DNA from: Flavobacteriales bacterium
GTDB taxonomy: Bacteria > Bacteroidota > Bacteroidia > Flavobacteriales_F > PHOS-HE28
Assembly (NCBI GenBank): GCA_016787985.1
Contig: JAEUTC010000043.1
Coordinates: forward strand, 17,145 to 81,144
Reading direction: 5' to 3'
Length of the DNA stretch: 64,000 nucleotides
Shown here: one piece after another, positions 28,449 to 37,892 of the stretch
Layout: every line of letters starts with the position of its first letter
Numbering within the stretch: the stretch's first letter is position 1
Program-made: the position numbers and the translations under genes
Notes under the pieces: model-generated
Told to the model about the DNA's origin: nothing
Database searches by the model: none
Seen by the model: the letters and a program-made list of their open reading frames with translations, nothing else

Positions 28449-28547
28449 AACCACGGATGGACACGGATCCACACGGAAAATGCCCGGGCTCGTGGTAATG
28501 GGCTAGTCTTCCCTCCTATCCGTGTTGATCCGTGTCCATCCGTGGTT
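28449..28547. repeat. long inverted repeat (28-nt arms, 1 mismatch, 43-nt loop) between the membrane-protein gene and the GT4 operon
   Basis: Arm 1 aaccacggatggacacggatccacacgg (28449-28476) pairs with arm 2 ccgtgttgatccgtgtccatccgtggtt (28520-28547); the loop contains a gcccgggc palindrome. Confidence 0.7.
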
Positions 28548-28568
28548 GAACAACCGCTCAACGCACGC

Positions 28569-29270
28569 TCACTTGATGCGCACCTCCACCACGTCGCGGG
28601 CGCGGCGGCCACGGGAGAGCTTCTTGCGGTAGTGGTTCGTCCAAAGGATGATGAGCGGCGTGCCCACCAGCGTAGGCCACAACCACTGTAACCACACCGG
28701 CTTGATGAAGGTGAAGTTGACCGCACTGAAAGCCGAGACCGTGGCGATATAGCCACCGAGGAAGCCGGACATGTGCGCGTAGAGCCACTCGTGCTTCTCG
28801 TGGCTGCGCTTGTAGAACCGTTGCAGGTTGCGCCACACGAGCAAGCTGCCGATAAGGCCGAAGGCGAGGAACAGGATGGTACCACTACCGCGGTTGCCGA
28901 GGAGGATATTCACGAAACCCCAGATGAAGAGGCCGCCGTTCACCACACCGGCGGTGCCTTGTACCACCACGTCCATGGTGTCGGGTTTCTGCCCCTCGTG
29001 CAAGCGCTTGTGGTACAAGGAACGGTAGCCGGAAGCCACCAAGTGGAAACTGAGCACGGCGAGCATGGCGAGGAAGAGGTTGTTCTTCCATACGCCCACC
29101 ACGATGGCCGTGATGGCCACCACCGCCATGGCATAGAAGAAGACCTTGCCCCACAACCGGTGCTGATCGCTTCCCTTGCGCACCACCATGGCGATGGGCG
29201 CCACGAACAACGCGATGAAACCCGCCGCGATATGGATCCACCGGAATATGCCGATCACCTGCTCCTCCAT
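28569..29270 (-). CDS. hypothetical integral membrane protein
   Basis: 233 aa with about 6 predicted TM helices; located in the glycan locus. Confidence 0.55.
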   Translation of the reverse strand: MEEQVIGIFRWIHIAAGFIALFVAPIAMVVRKGSDQHRLWGKVFFYAMAVVAITAIVVGVWKNNLFLAMLAVLSFHLVASGYRSLYHKRLHEGQKPDTMDVVVQGTAGVVNGGLFIWGFVNILLGNRGSGTILFLAFGLIGSLLVWRNLQRFYKRSHEKHEWLYAHMSGFLGGYIATVSAFSAVNFTFIKPVWLQWLWPTLVGTPLIILWTNHYRKKLSRGRRARDVVEVRIK

Positions 29271-29276
29271 CGATAG

Positions 29277-30692
29277 CTATCGGATTGAACCTTGGGCTGA
29301 AAGTACGGTGTATGGTCCAACGGGAAGACGGAACCATGACGTACCGTTGCCACAAAGTTCACCTTCGGGAAGCAGACCGGAGAGATCGGCGGTGGTGGTA
29401 TGGGGTGGACACTCCTCGCGCACCACCACCGTCACGCTGGCTTCGCGGCCATCCAAGGCGCTGAGCAACAAGGTCTCGAAGGCCATGGCCCAATGGATAT
29501 GGAGGCCTTGTGCATCGAGTTGCTCAGGGGTAGCGCAAGCCTTGCGGACTTCCTTCGTGTGCAACTCGTCCACCAGCACGCGGATCTTGGCGAGCCGTTC
29601 ACCAGTGGGGCGAGACGCGAAGGATATTCCCCGGAATTGCAGGAAGAGCACGAGGGAGAAGGGGACCAGCACGAGCCAGGCATTGCGGGTAGAAAGGCGC
29701 TCGAACCGCAGCAGCAGGGGCAACGCCACGAAGGCCGCCATCGGCACGAAGTTCTTCTCCATCATCATGGCCGTTTCGCCCGCGTGATAGGTGAGCACAT
29801 GCAAGGCGATGAAGCCCGCCACGCTCACGATGATCCAGGAGAGCTCTAGAAATGCGCGTTGGCGCAAGAGCACGATGAGCAGTGCGAGCAGCGCCACCCA
29901 GAAAGCCACATAGTGTGCGGTGAAGTGAACAGTGTGATCGATGAGGAAGCGCCAGCCCGGTAGCGCGAAGAACGAGGTGATGGAGGCAAGGCCCGTTCCC
30001 GTGGAAGCGTAGAGATCGGCCTCGTAGGCGGTGGGCGGAAAGAGCACGCGGAAGATCAGGGGCCATGCCGCGCTAAGGCCGATGAGCGCGAGCAGCACTT
30101 GCCGGGCGGTGTGGCCGCGCACATACATCAACACCAGCACGAAGACCGCGGCGATGAAGCCAACCGGATGCACCAGCAGTACCAAGAACAACGCAGCCAG
30201 GACCGTTAGGAGCACAAGTGGCTTGCGCGATACCATCAAGGGCCCGGTGACCAGGGCCGCGAGCAGGAAGGGATAGCTGAGCAGGTAGTTCGCCTCCAGC
30301 ACGATGCCATAGAAGGTGAGCCGGGTGCAGAGGACTTGGGCGAGCACAAGGCCCAACGCGATCCACGGCTGCCGCAGCCCATGTGCGATGAGGACGAAGA
30401 GCACATAAGGCACCAGCACATGCGCGAGCGAAGCCACGGTGAGCAGCACCTGGAGCGGCGCACCGGTAGTGGCCACGGCCTTCACCAGCAGCTGCGGCAC
30501 CACCGCCGTGAAGCGATGGGCTTCCACCCCAACGCCCGGCACATGGATCCACTTGAAGATCTGGAAGGCCGAGTCGACGTGCACCACGCGGGTGGGCATG
30601 TGGAGGTAGGCGAGTGCGAAGAGGCCGAAGAAGAGGACATGGCCTAGGAGGAGGTAGGCCCGCAGCACAGGAGCGTTCCGTTCGCTGCTCAT
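29277..30692 (-). CDS. polytopic membrane protein (about 12 TM) with a C-terminal soluble domain; possibly a polysaccharide polymerase/ligase-like protein (unconfirmed)
   Basis: 471 aa, very hydrophobic N-terminal 350 aa and a soluble tail of about 110 aa; 4-nt overlap with the downstream gene. Confidence 0.6.
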   Translation of the reverse strand: MSSERNAPVLRAYLLLGHVLFFGLFALAYLHMPTRVVHVDSAFQIFKWIHVPGVGVEAHRFTAVVPQLLVKAVATTGAPLQVLLTVASLAHVLVPYVLFVLIAHGLRQPWIALGLVLAQVLCTRLTFYGIVLEANYLLSYPFLLAALVTGPLMVSRKPLVLLTVLAALFLVLLVHPVGFIAAVFVLVLMYVRGHTARQVLLALIGLSAAWPLIFRVLFPPTAYEADLYASTGTGLASITSFFALPGWRFLIDHTVHFTAHYVAFWVALLALLIVLLRQRAFLELSWIIVSVAGFIALHVLTYHAGETAMMMEKNFVPMAAFVALPLLLRFERLSTRNAWLVLVPFSLVLFLQFRGISFASRPTGERLAKIRVLVDELHTKEVRKACATPEQLDAQGLHIHWAMAFETLLLSALDGREASVTVVVREECPPHTTTADLSGLLPEGELCGNGTSWFRLPVGPYTVLSAQGSIR

Positions 30693-32107
30693 TCCGCTGC
30701 GATCACCAAGGGCAACCGTTGGGTACCACCCCGTGCGTCCCGCACTTCAATCACGTAGAGCCCTGCATCCAGGTCCACCGCTACTGGCACACCGGGAAAG
30801 ACCCAAGGCTCGGCCAGGACCAAGCGTCCATCGGTATCGAACACGGACAGCGCACCAGGTGGCACATGGCGCAACGTGAATGTATCCGCACAGGGATTGG
30901 GGAAGATGTTGGCGGGGGGGGCGATGTTCTCTTCGTCGATGTTTACAGGATCGAAGGACTCATTCACACTCTCACTCGCGGTGGTACCATTCTCATCGGT
31001 CCGAACAACGAATAGATCCCGCCCACCTGCTCCGTAGCTATCCGTCCATCCGGCGCAGAGGAAACCGGTATCATCGGCATCAAGGCTCAATGCCACATCA
31101 TCGGCCGCACCACCGAACGTGCGACCAAATACGAAATCACCATTCTCCGCACTCTTCAATAGGAACATATCGCGCTCGCCGCCTCCAGAAGTTTTCGTGT
31201 AGCCTACGGTGACATACTCCCCATTCTGCAATTGCAAGTGATCATAGGACCCCTGATCGTTGATCTGACCCCAGCTTCGGAACCACTGCAGCCCGCCTGA
31301 CGCATCCGTCTTCAAGTGATAACCTTCCTCGAAGTTCGAATAGCTCCGCGTGATACCGACCAAGGAGAATCCGCCATCGCTGGTGTGGACGACATCATAA
31401 GCCACATCAAGGGAATCCCCCCCGTGGGTAACGGACCAGAGCTCGTTCCCTTGCTCGTCCACTCGCAGGAGAAGCGCATCCGTCGCATCACCGATGCCAG
31501 AAGAGCCACCGATAGCAAAGCCATCAGGAGTTACGCAGAGGCTGTAACCATTCTGCTCACCTGCTCCTCCGTACCAACGCTCCTCCATCACCTCTCCGGC
31601 GGCATCTAACCGGATCATCCAAACCTCACCGTCCACGGTTGGTTGATAGGATTGCCCGACGACGATGAGTTCTCCATTCGGCAAAACGGTCAATTCCCGA
31701 AAGAGATCCCAGTCCTGTCCGCCGTAGCTGCGCTGCCAGATGACCTGGCCGAGTGCGTCCGTCTTCACCAAAAGGCCATCGTAGTCGCCGCCATCGTTGC
31801 TGTTGCCCGCTATCATCAGTGAACCATCGCCAAGTACTCGTAGGTCAACCGCTTGTTCCACTGCGGGTGTCCCGATGGTGGTGCTCCAAAGTCGTGTTCC
31901 GGTTCCATCCAAGGCCATCAAATAGATATCCGACGCGCCTGCGCCACCGCTTCCAGTGGATCCGGCGACGACGATCAGATCCTCCCCTGCCCAACGGACG
32001 GCCTGTGCCTCCTCGGAACCATAGGCTCCATAGGCCTTTCGCCAAGTTTGCCCCTCTACGAATAGGGCCAAGCAGGAACAAAGGCAGCTGAAGAGTGTTC
32101 TTGTCAT
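30689..32107 (-). CDS. secreted beta-propeller protein with a T9SS C-terminal sorting domain (Por_Secre_tail)
   Basis: 472 aa; signal peptide; repeated GG.D...(A/L).....DG(G/S) blades; C-terminal ...NIFPNPCADTFTLRHV...DTDGRLV...GLYVIEVRDARGGTQRLPLV is a classic type-A CTD. Confidence 0.8.
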   Translation of the reverse strand: MTRTLFSCLCSCLALFVEGQTWRKAYGAYGSEEAQAVRWAGEDLIVVAGSTGSGGAGASDIYLMALDGTGTRLWSTTIGTPAVEQAVDLRVLGDGSLMIAGNSNDGGDYDGLLVKTDALGQVIWQRSYGGQDWDLFRELTVLPNGELIVVGQSYQPTVDGEVWMIRLDAAGEVMEERWYGGAGEQNGYSLCVTPDGFAIGGSSGIGDATDALLLRVDEQGNELWSVTHGGDSLDVAYDVVHTSDGGFSLVGITRSYSNFEEGYHLKTDASGGLQWFRSWGQINDQGSYDHLQLQNGEYVTVGYTKTSGGGERDMFLLKSAENGDFVFGRTFGGAADDVALSLDADDTGFLCAGWTDSYGAGGRDLFVVRTDENGTTASESVNESFDPVNIDEENIAPPANIFPNPCADTFTLRHVPPGALSVFDTDGRLVLAEPWVFPGVPVAVDLDAGLYVIEVRDARGGTQRLPLVIAAE

Positions 32108-32178
32108 CGTTGGCTGTCGATCTTGTTAAAGATCCCAGTGGTGCAAGATCGCACTTGTCGGCCACCTAGCTTCGTTCC

Positions 32179-33432
32179 ATGTCCCCCGCTGCCCTCCGCA
32201 ACTTCATCCTTTTCCTGGTCCTTCTCGTATTGATCGACCTTTACGCCTACAAGGGTGTGAACACGGCGCTCGCGAACCACTCGCTGGTGTTGCGGCGCAT
32301 CGTCCGTATCCTTTATTGGATCGTGTCCCTTGGCATCATGGCCGTGCTGATCTGGACCATGGTGAGCATGCAGGGCTCGCAAGTACGCCGCGACCATAGC
32401 TACGTGTTCTCGCTGGTGGCGCTCTTCCTGCTGTTCTTCCTGCCCAAGCTGGTGATCGTGATCTTCCATGGCCTTGATGACCTGCTGCACCTAGGACGTT
32501 GGGGCTGGTCCAAACTGCTGCCTGGGAAGCCCGACGGCACGGGAGAATTGCTGGACCGCGCCAACTTTCTAAGCCAATTGGGGTTGATCGTAGCTACTGT
32601 ACCGTTCGCTGGCGTGCTCTACGGGGTCACGAAAGGTCGGCGGAAGTTCAACATCGCACGGGTGCCGATCCATAGCCCGAACCTACCGGATGCGTTCCAT
32701 GGCTTGCGCATCGTGCAGATCAGCGACATGCACTTGGGAAGCTTCGGCGATGATGCATCCATCGTGCAGAACGGTGTGGACCTGATCAATGCCGAATCGC
32801 CCGATCTGGTGCTCTTCACCGGCGATATGGTGAATGACTATGCGGATGAGGCCGAGCGCTTCACGGAGATCTTCGCCCAGGTGGAAGCCAAGATGGGGAA
32901 GTATAGTATTCTAGGGAACCACGACTATAGCGATTACGTGAAGTGGGACAGCACCGACGCCAAACGTGCCAACCTGGACAAGTTGAAGCGCATCCATCAC
33001 GAGATGGGGTTCAAGCTTCTAATGGACGAACACGTAACGCTGAAGAAAGACGAAGCACGGATCGGATTGCTTGGCGTACAGAACTGGGGGCGACGTTTCC
33101 AACAGTACGGTGATCTGTCAAAGGCCATCCATGGTTCGGAGAGCCTACCGTTCCGGATCCTCATGAGCCACGATCCTACGCACTGGGAGGAACAGGTCTT
33201 GGGCACCGGCATCGATCTCACCTTGAGCGGGCACACGCATGGTGCGCAGCTTGGCGTAAAGTTGAATGGGATCGTGTACAGCCCAGCACAATGGGTCTAC
33301 AAGCACTGGGCAGGCTTGTACACCGAAGGGAAACAACACCTCTACGTGAACCGTGGATTCGGCTTCATCGGATTCCCCGGCCGAGTGGGCATGCCACCGG
33401 AGATCACGGTGTTCGAGTTGCACAAGGCCTGA
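32179..33432 (+). CDS. membrane-anchored metallophosphoesterase (calcineurin-like)
   Basis: 417 aa; N-terminal TM helices; the QISDMHLG, GDMVND and GNHDY motifs. Confidence 0.8.
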   Translation: MSPAALRNFILFLVLLVLIDLYAYKGVNTALANHSLVLRRIVRILYWIVSLGIMAVLIWTMVSMQGSQVRRDHSYVFSLVALFLLFFLPKLVIVIFHGLDDLLHLGRWGWSKLLPGKPDGTGELLDRANFLSQLGLIVATVPFAGVLYGVTKGRRKFNIARVPIHSPNLPDAFHGLRIVQISDMHLGSFGDDASIVQNGVDLINAESPDLVLFTGDMVNDYADEAERFTEIFAQVEAKMGKYSILGNHDYSDYVKWDSTDAKRANLDKLKRIHHEMGFKLLMDEHVTLKKDEARIGLLGVQNWGRRFQQYGDLSKAIHGSESLPFRILMSHDPTHWEEQVLGTGIDLTLSGHTHGAQLGVKLNGIVYSPAQWVYKHWAGLYTEGKQHLYVNRGFGFIGFPGRVGMPPEITVFELHKA

Positions 33433-34293
33433 TCACCCCGGGAACACCCGCCCGGCCAGCGTAACGGAACGCTCCAGGTCCGCGAGGTCCAGCCCTGTGG
33501 TGATGCCTTGCTCCTCCAACGACTGCACGAACAGCTCCATCTGCAGGTTGCCCACCAGATCATCCTCCGCCATGGGGCATCCGCCGTAGCCTTTGATGGC
33601 ACCATCGAATCGGCGGCAACCGGCATCCCAGGCGGCCTGGGTCTTCACCGGCCAGTTCTCGGGGGTGCAATGCAGGTGCGCGCCGAATTCCACATGCGGC
33701 AAGGCGGGGATCAATGCGCTGAACATGCTTCGGATATCCTCGGGTCGTGCCACGCCCACCGTATCGCTTAACGCGATGATCCGCACACCGAGCTCGTTCA
33801 CCAGCCGTTCGGTCCATTGCAGGGCCACCTCGGCGTTCCACGGGTCGCCGTAGGGGTTGCCGAAGGCCATGCTGATGTAGACCACGAGTTCCTTGTTGGC
33901 GGCGTTCGTCAATTCCGCGATGCGGGCGATGCGGCCCCACGAGCCTTCGATGCTTGTATTGGTGTTGCGCTGCTGGAAGGTCTCGCTGATGCTGAACGGG
34001 TAGCCCAGGTAGGTGACGCGTTCCTGCTCCACCGCTTGCTCGGCACCGCGCTCGTTCGCTACGATCACGAGCAACTTCGATGCGGACGGCCCGATCCGCG
34101 CGAGCACGTCAGCCGTGTCCGCGAGCTGTGGAATGGCCTTCGGGCTCACGAAGCTGCCGATGTCGATGGTATCGAAGCCCACGCGCAGCAAGCTGTTCAG
34201 GTATTCCACCTTCAGGTCGGTGGGGATGAACGGCACGATACCCTGCATGGCATCGCGAGGACATTCGATCAGTTTCACTGGCGTATTTTCCAT
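33433..34293 (-). CDS. hydroxymethylglutaryl-CoA lyase family protein
   Basis: 286 aa; N-terminal VKLIECPRDAMQG and TIM-barrel HMGL-like motifs (SDTVGVARP, HLHCTPE). Confidence 0.8.
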   Translation of the reverse strand: MENTPVKLIECPRDAMQGIVPFIPTDLKVEYLNSLLRVGFDTIDIGSFVSPKAIPQLADTADVLARIGPSASKLLVIVANERGAEQAVEQERVTYLGYPFSISETFQQRNTNTSIEGSWGRIARIAELTNAANKELVVYISMAFGNPYGDPWNAEVALQWTERLVNELGVRIIALSDTVGVARPEDIRSMFSALIPALPHVEFGAHLHCTPENWPVKTQAAWDAGCRRFDGAIKGYGGCPMAEDDLVGNLQMELFVQSLEEQGITTGLDLADLERSVTLAGRVFPG

Positions 34294-35297
34294 TGCGCGA
34301 ACTCTTCGTTGATCCGTACGATGAGCTTCGGCCCTTCGTACACCAGACCGGTATAGACTTGAACCAGATCCGCACCGGCTTCCAACTTCTCCAGTGCGGC
34401 TTCCGCGCTGTCGATGCCACCGACGCCGATGATGACCACCGGCTTGGGAAGTCGTGCGCGCAGGTATTTTACTACGGCGGTGCTACGGGCCCGCAGAGGA
34501 GCACCACTTAGCCCTCCTGCACCGATCGTTTCCAATGTGGCCTTGGTCGTGAGCAGTCCATCACGGGCGATGGTCGTGTTCGTGGCGATGACGCCGGCGA
34601 TGCCGCTCTCCTTCACCACGGCCACGATGTCATCCAACTGACCATCGGTGAGGTCGGGCGCGATCTTCAGCAGGATCGGACGGTGTACGGCCTTCGCCGC
34701 ATCGCGTCGCTTCAATTCGTTCAGGATCTCCAGCAGCGGTCCTTTTTCCTGCAAGGCGCGCAATCCGGGCGTGTTGGGGCTGCTCACGTTCACCACGAAG
34801 TAGTCGACGACCGCGTGCAAGGCTTCGAAGCAGATCACATAGTCGTCGATCGCCCGCTCGTTGGGTGTCGCCTTGTTCTTGCCGATGTTGCCGCCTACGA
34901 TGATCCCGGGATTGCGGCGTTTCAACCGTTCCAATGCGGCGGCCACACCACCGTTGTTGAAGCCCATTCGGTTGATCAGCGCGTTGTCGGGCTTCAGCCG
35001 GAAGAGGCGCGGCTTGTCGTTACCCGGTTGTGGGAGCGGTGTCAACGTACCCACTTCGATGAAACCGAAGCCGATGCGCGCGAGGGCGTTCACATGCGCT
35101 GCATCCTTGTCCATGCCTGCAGCGAGCCCGACAGGTCCGGGGAATCGCAGTCCCATCACCTCCACGGCCGCCGTACCAGGAGGTGCCGCACCACCGCTGA
35201 GCGCGGTGGCACCCGGCAATTCCAATAACGAGAAAGTAAGGTGGTGCGCTTTCTCCGGAGAGAGCAGGAAGAGCAGCGGGCGAAGAAGACCGTACAT
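34275..35297 (-). CDS. pyrD: dihydroorotate dehydrogenase (quinone), class 2
   Basis: 340 aa; the GLRFPGPVGLAAGMDKD, FGFIEVGTLTP, VNVSSPNTPGLR and GVIATNTT motifs. Confidence 0.9.
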   Translation of the reverse strand: MYGLLRPLLFLLSPEKAHHLTFSLLELPGATALSGGAAPPGTAAVEVMGLRFPGPVGLAAGMDKDAAHVNALARIGFGFIEVGTLTPLPQPGNDKPRLFRLKPDNALINRMGFNNGGVAAALERLKRRNPGIIVGGNIGKNKATPNERAIDDYVICFEALHAVVDYFVVNVSSPNTPGLRALQEKGPLLEILNELKRRDAAKAVHRPILLKIAPDLTDGQLDDIVAVVKESGIAGVIATNTTIARDGLLTTKATLETIGAGGLSGAPLRARSTAVVKYLRARLPKPVVIIGVGGIDSAEAALEKLEAGADLVQVYTGLVYEGPKLIVRINEEFAQWKIRQ

Positions 35298-35460
35298 GCG
35301 CCGCGAAACTAGCGCAAAGTGTAAGCCGCTTGGTCCACTTCAACCTGTGACCGCAGTTCATCACGGCATGTTGGTCTGGTCCCAGTGTAGGTCGATACAT
35401 TGAAGGGTGGCGTTCTTGGCGTTCTGGGAACCTCACCGGATGCGAACGAACAGGTGCGTT

Positions 35461-35525
35461 TGACCCTGGAAGGGTCACAGACCGTAGTTCGAAGCGTTCA
35501 GGGATCCTCCGACCCCAGCGGGGTC
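35461..35525. repeat. REP-like palindromic units (GACCCT-gga-AGGGTC at 35462-35476; GACCCC-agc-GGGGTC at 35511-35525)
   Basis: Same palindrome family as 59956-60057; the first unit is followed by the same CACAGA(A)C tail as the unit at 60042. Confidence 0.6.
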
Positions 35526-35580
35526 GCAGGCATGCAGCAGCGAGAGCGGATGGAAAGATGTTCCGGCATGACACCGCTGA

Positions 35581-37845
35581 TCAACCTAGCACCCAACGTA
35601 CACCGATGTAACCCCGCACACCTTGTAATGAGGCGTAGATGTAAGTGGCATCAAAGGTGTAGCCATTCGGATTGGTGGTAGCATCACCTGAGGTGCGATC
35701 GAAAGGATCGAACGGCCGCATGAGCGGATCCGTCGGCCGGAAGTCGAGCAGGTTCTTCACACCGCCATAGACTTCAAGCTGGTCGTGCACGCTCTTCTTC
35801 ACTTGTACGTTGACCAAGGCATAGACCGGCGAATACTCCGGTCGGAAGTCGTTGAGCAAGGTGGGCAAACGCATGGGTCCGTAAGCCTGGCCGGTGAGGT
35901 CCACATTCCATCGCATCGGAAGTTGATAGCTGGCCGTGAAGGTGCCTGACCAGCGCGGTGCGAAGAATTGATCGGCCCGCTCGCCATCGCTCTCGGTGTA
36001 GACTTCCATGTACGTGGCACCGGCCAAGACCCGCAACGGTTCGCCCAGTCGCGCTTCCAAGTTCAGGCTAACCCCTCTGGAAACGGCGGTACCAGAAAGG
36101 TTGCGATAGAGGATCAAGTCGTTGTCGGTGGTGTAGTCGGGCAGGATCCGGTTGCTGAAGTGCGTATAGAACACCGAAGCATCCACACCGAAGAAATGGC
36201 GCTCGCCGGGCCATTTGCGCACCACGTTCAACGTGCCGTTCATGGAACGTTCGGGCTGTAGGTCCTCTTCGATCACCACCGTGCGCGAACCGGTGAGGGC
36301 GGCGTGCTCTTCGGTGAAGAGGTTCACCACGCGGAAGCCGGTGCCGAAGTTGGCGCGCACCGCCCAGCGTCCGTTCGGTGCCCATTTGTAGGCGAGCCGC
36401 GGACTTTGCACGAGGCCATGGTCGCGATCATGGTCGAGGCGATACCCGGCCAACAACTTGTGGACTTCGGTGATGCTCCACTCGTCTTGGACGAACAAGC
36501 CCGGCAAGGGACGTCGTTCAGGGGCATTGCGCAGCACACCGCCACGTTCCTCGGCGGTGGCCACCGTGTTGTCATCGTAGTGCGTGTAGCGATAGGCCAG
36601 TCCGGTGAGGAGGTCGTGCCGCGCTCCGATGCGCTTCGTCCAATAGAGCTGCCCGAATAGGACCTGCTGGTCAGCATCGTAGGGCATGGTGCCGTACCAC
36701 GAGCGCTGCTGGTGCCCGTTGGCGCTCACCTGAAGCATCACCGTGCCCGGCATCGGCAACTGGTACTGACCGATCAGCTCCCAGCGTCGGGTGCCGATGC
36801 TCTCCCCGTAGATGCTGTCGCCACCAGCGAAGGCAGGTGTCCACCCCATCTGCCCCCCCCAGCGATCCTCGTATACGTAACGCCCGGCGAGGTTGGCCAC
36901 GCGGCGATCGCGGCGCTGAACGGCGATCTTGTTGAAGATGGAGATGCGCTGTTGCAGCGTGACATCGGTGAAGCCGTCGCCGTTGCGGTCGCGCGCATCA
37001 TCGTAGTGGAACATGTTCACGCCGAGCAGGTCGTTCACCTTGTCGTGGCGGAATCGTGCGCCCAAGTCGAGCGAATGCTCCTGCCAGCTGGTGGTCATGG
37101 CCTCCACCGACAGGCGCGGGGCCAGCACCGGGTCCTTGGTGATCACGTTGATGATGCCCCCCATGGCCTCGCTGCCGTAGAGGGAAGAGCCCGGCCCCTT
37201 CATCACTTCCACGCGCTCGATCAGGCTGAGGGGTATGCCACTGAGACCGTACACCGTGCTTAGGCCGCTCACGATGGGCATGCCATCGATCAGGATCATC
37301 GTGTAAGGCCCTTCCATGCCGTTGATGTGGATATCGCCCGTGTTGCACACACCACAGTTGATCTGAGGCCGCACTCCGTTCACCATGGCCACGGCATCGA
37401 ACAGCGCCGGGCTGGGATCCTTGCGGAACAACGCCGGGGTGATCACCTCCACCGGGACCGGGCTTTCACTGCGCGAGATGGCCCGCATGGTACCGGTCAC
37501 CACGACCTCGTCCAATTCGGAGGCATCAGCCTGAAGCACCACTTTACCCACATCATGCTGACCTGTCCCGATGGCAGGAACATCAATGGTCCGGGTGCGC
37601 AAGCCGATGGAACGGCACACGAGCCGAAGCGGCGTTCCACACGGTACCACGATCTCGAAGCGCCCGGAGACATTGGTCACGGCGCCGGTCGTCGTGCCTT
37701 CCAACACCACGTGGGCGAACGGGACCGCCCCTTCAGCCGCGCGCAAGAGCCCCACCACCGTGCATTGCCCGATGACACGGACACCGGACACCACCAGCAG
37801 CAAGAGAAGGACCACCGTCCGGAACATGCGGCGAAAGTAATCCAA
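35581..37845 (-). CDS. TonB-dependent receptor with an N-terminal carboxypeptidase-regulatory-like domain
   Basis: 754 aa; signal peptide; plug-domain motifs (DEVVVTGT, SGIPLSLIERVEVMKGPGSSLYGSEAMGGIINVITK); C-terminal barrel ending in aromatic residues. Confidence 0.85.
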   Translation of the reverse strand: MDYFRRMFRTVVLLLLLVVSGVRVIGQCTVVGLLRAAEGAVPFAHVVLEGTTTGAVTNVSGRFEIVVPCGTPLRLVCRSIGLRTRTIDVPAIGTGQHDVGKVVLQADASELDEVVVTGTMRAISRSESPVPVEVITPALFRKDPSPALFDAVAMVNGVRPQINCGVCNTGDIHINGMEGPYTMILIDGMPIVSGLSTVYGLSGIPLSLIERVEVMKGPGSSLYGSEAMGGIINVITKDPVLAPRLSVEAMTTSWQEHSLDLGARFRHDKVNDLLGVNMFHYDDARDRNGDGFTDVTLQQRISIFNKIAVQRRDRRVANLAGRYVYEDRWGGQMGWTPAFAGGDSIYGESIGTRRWELIGQYQLPMPGTVMLQVSANGHQQRSWYGTMPYDADQQVLFGQLYWTKRIGARHDLLTGLAYRYTHYDDNTVATAEERGGVLRNAPERRPLPGLFVQDEWSITEVHKLLAGYRLDHDRDHGLVQSPRLAYKWAPNGRWAVRANFGTGFRVVNLFTEEHAALTGSRTVVIEEDLQPERSMNGTLNVVRKWPGERHFFGVDASVFYTHFSNRILPDYTTDNDLILYRNLSGTAVSRGVSLNLEARLGEPLRVLAGATYMEVYTESDGERADQFFAPRWSGTFTASYQLPMRWNVDLTGQAYGPMRLPTLLNDFRPEYSPVYALVNVQVKKSVHDQLEVYGGVKNLLDFRPTDPLMRPFDPFDRTSGDATTNPNGYTFDATYIYASLQGVRGYIGVRWVLG

Positions 37846-37892
37846 TTTTTAGCCTCGTCTAATTTATTCGTCTATATTTGCCTCATCATCCC

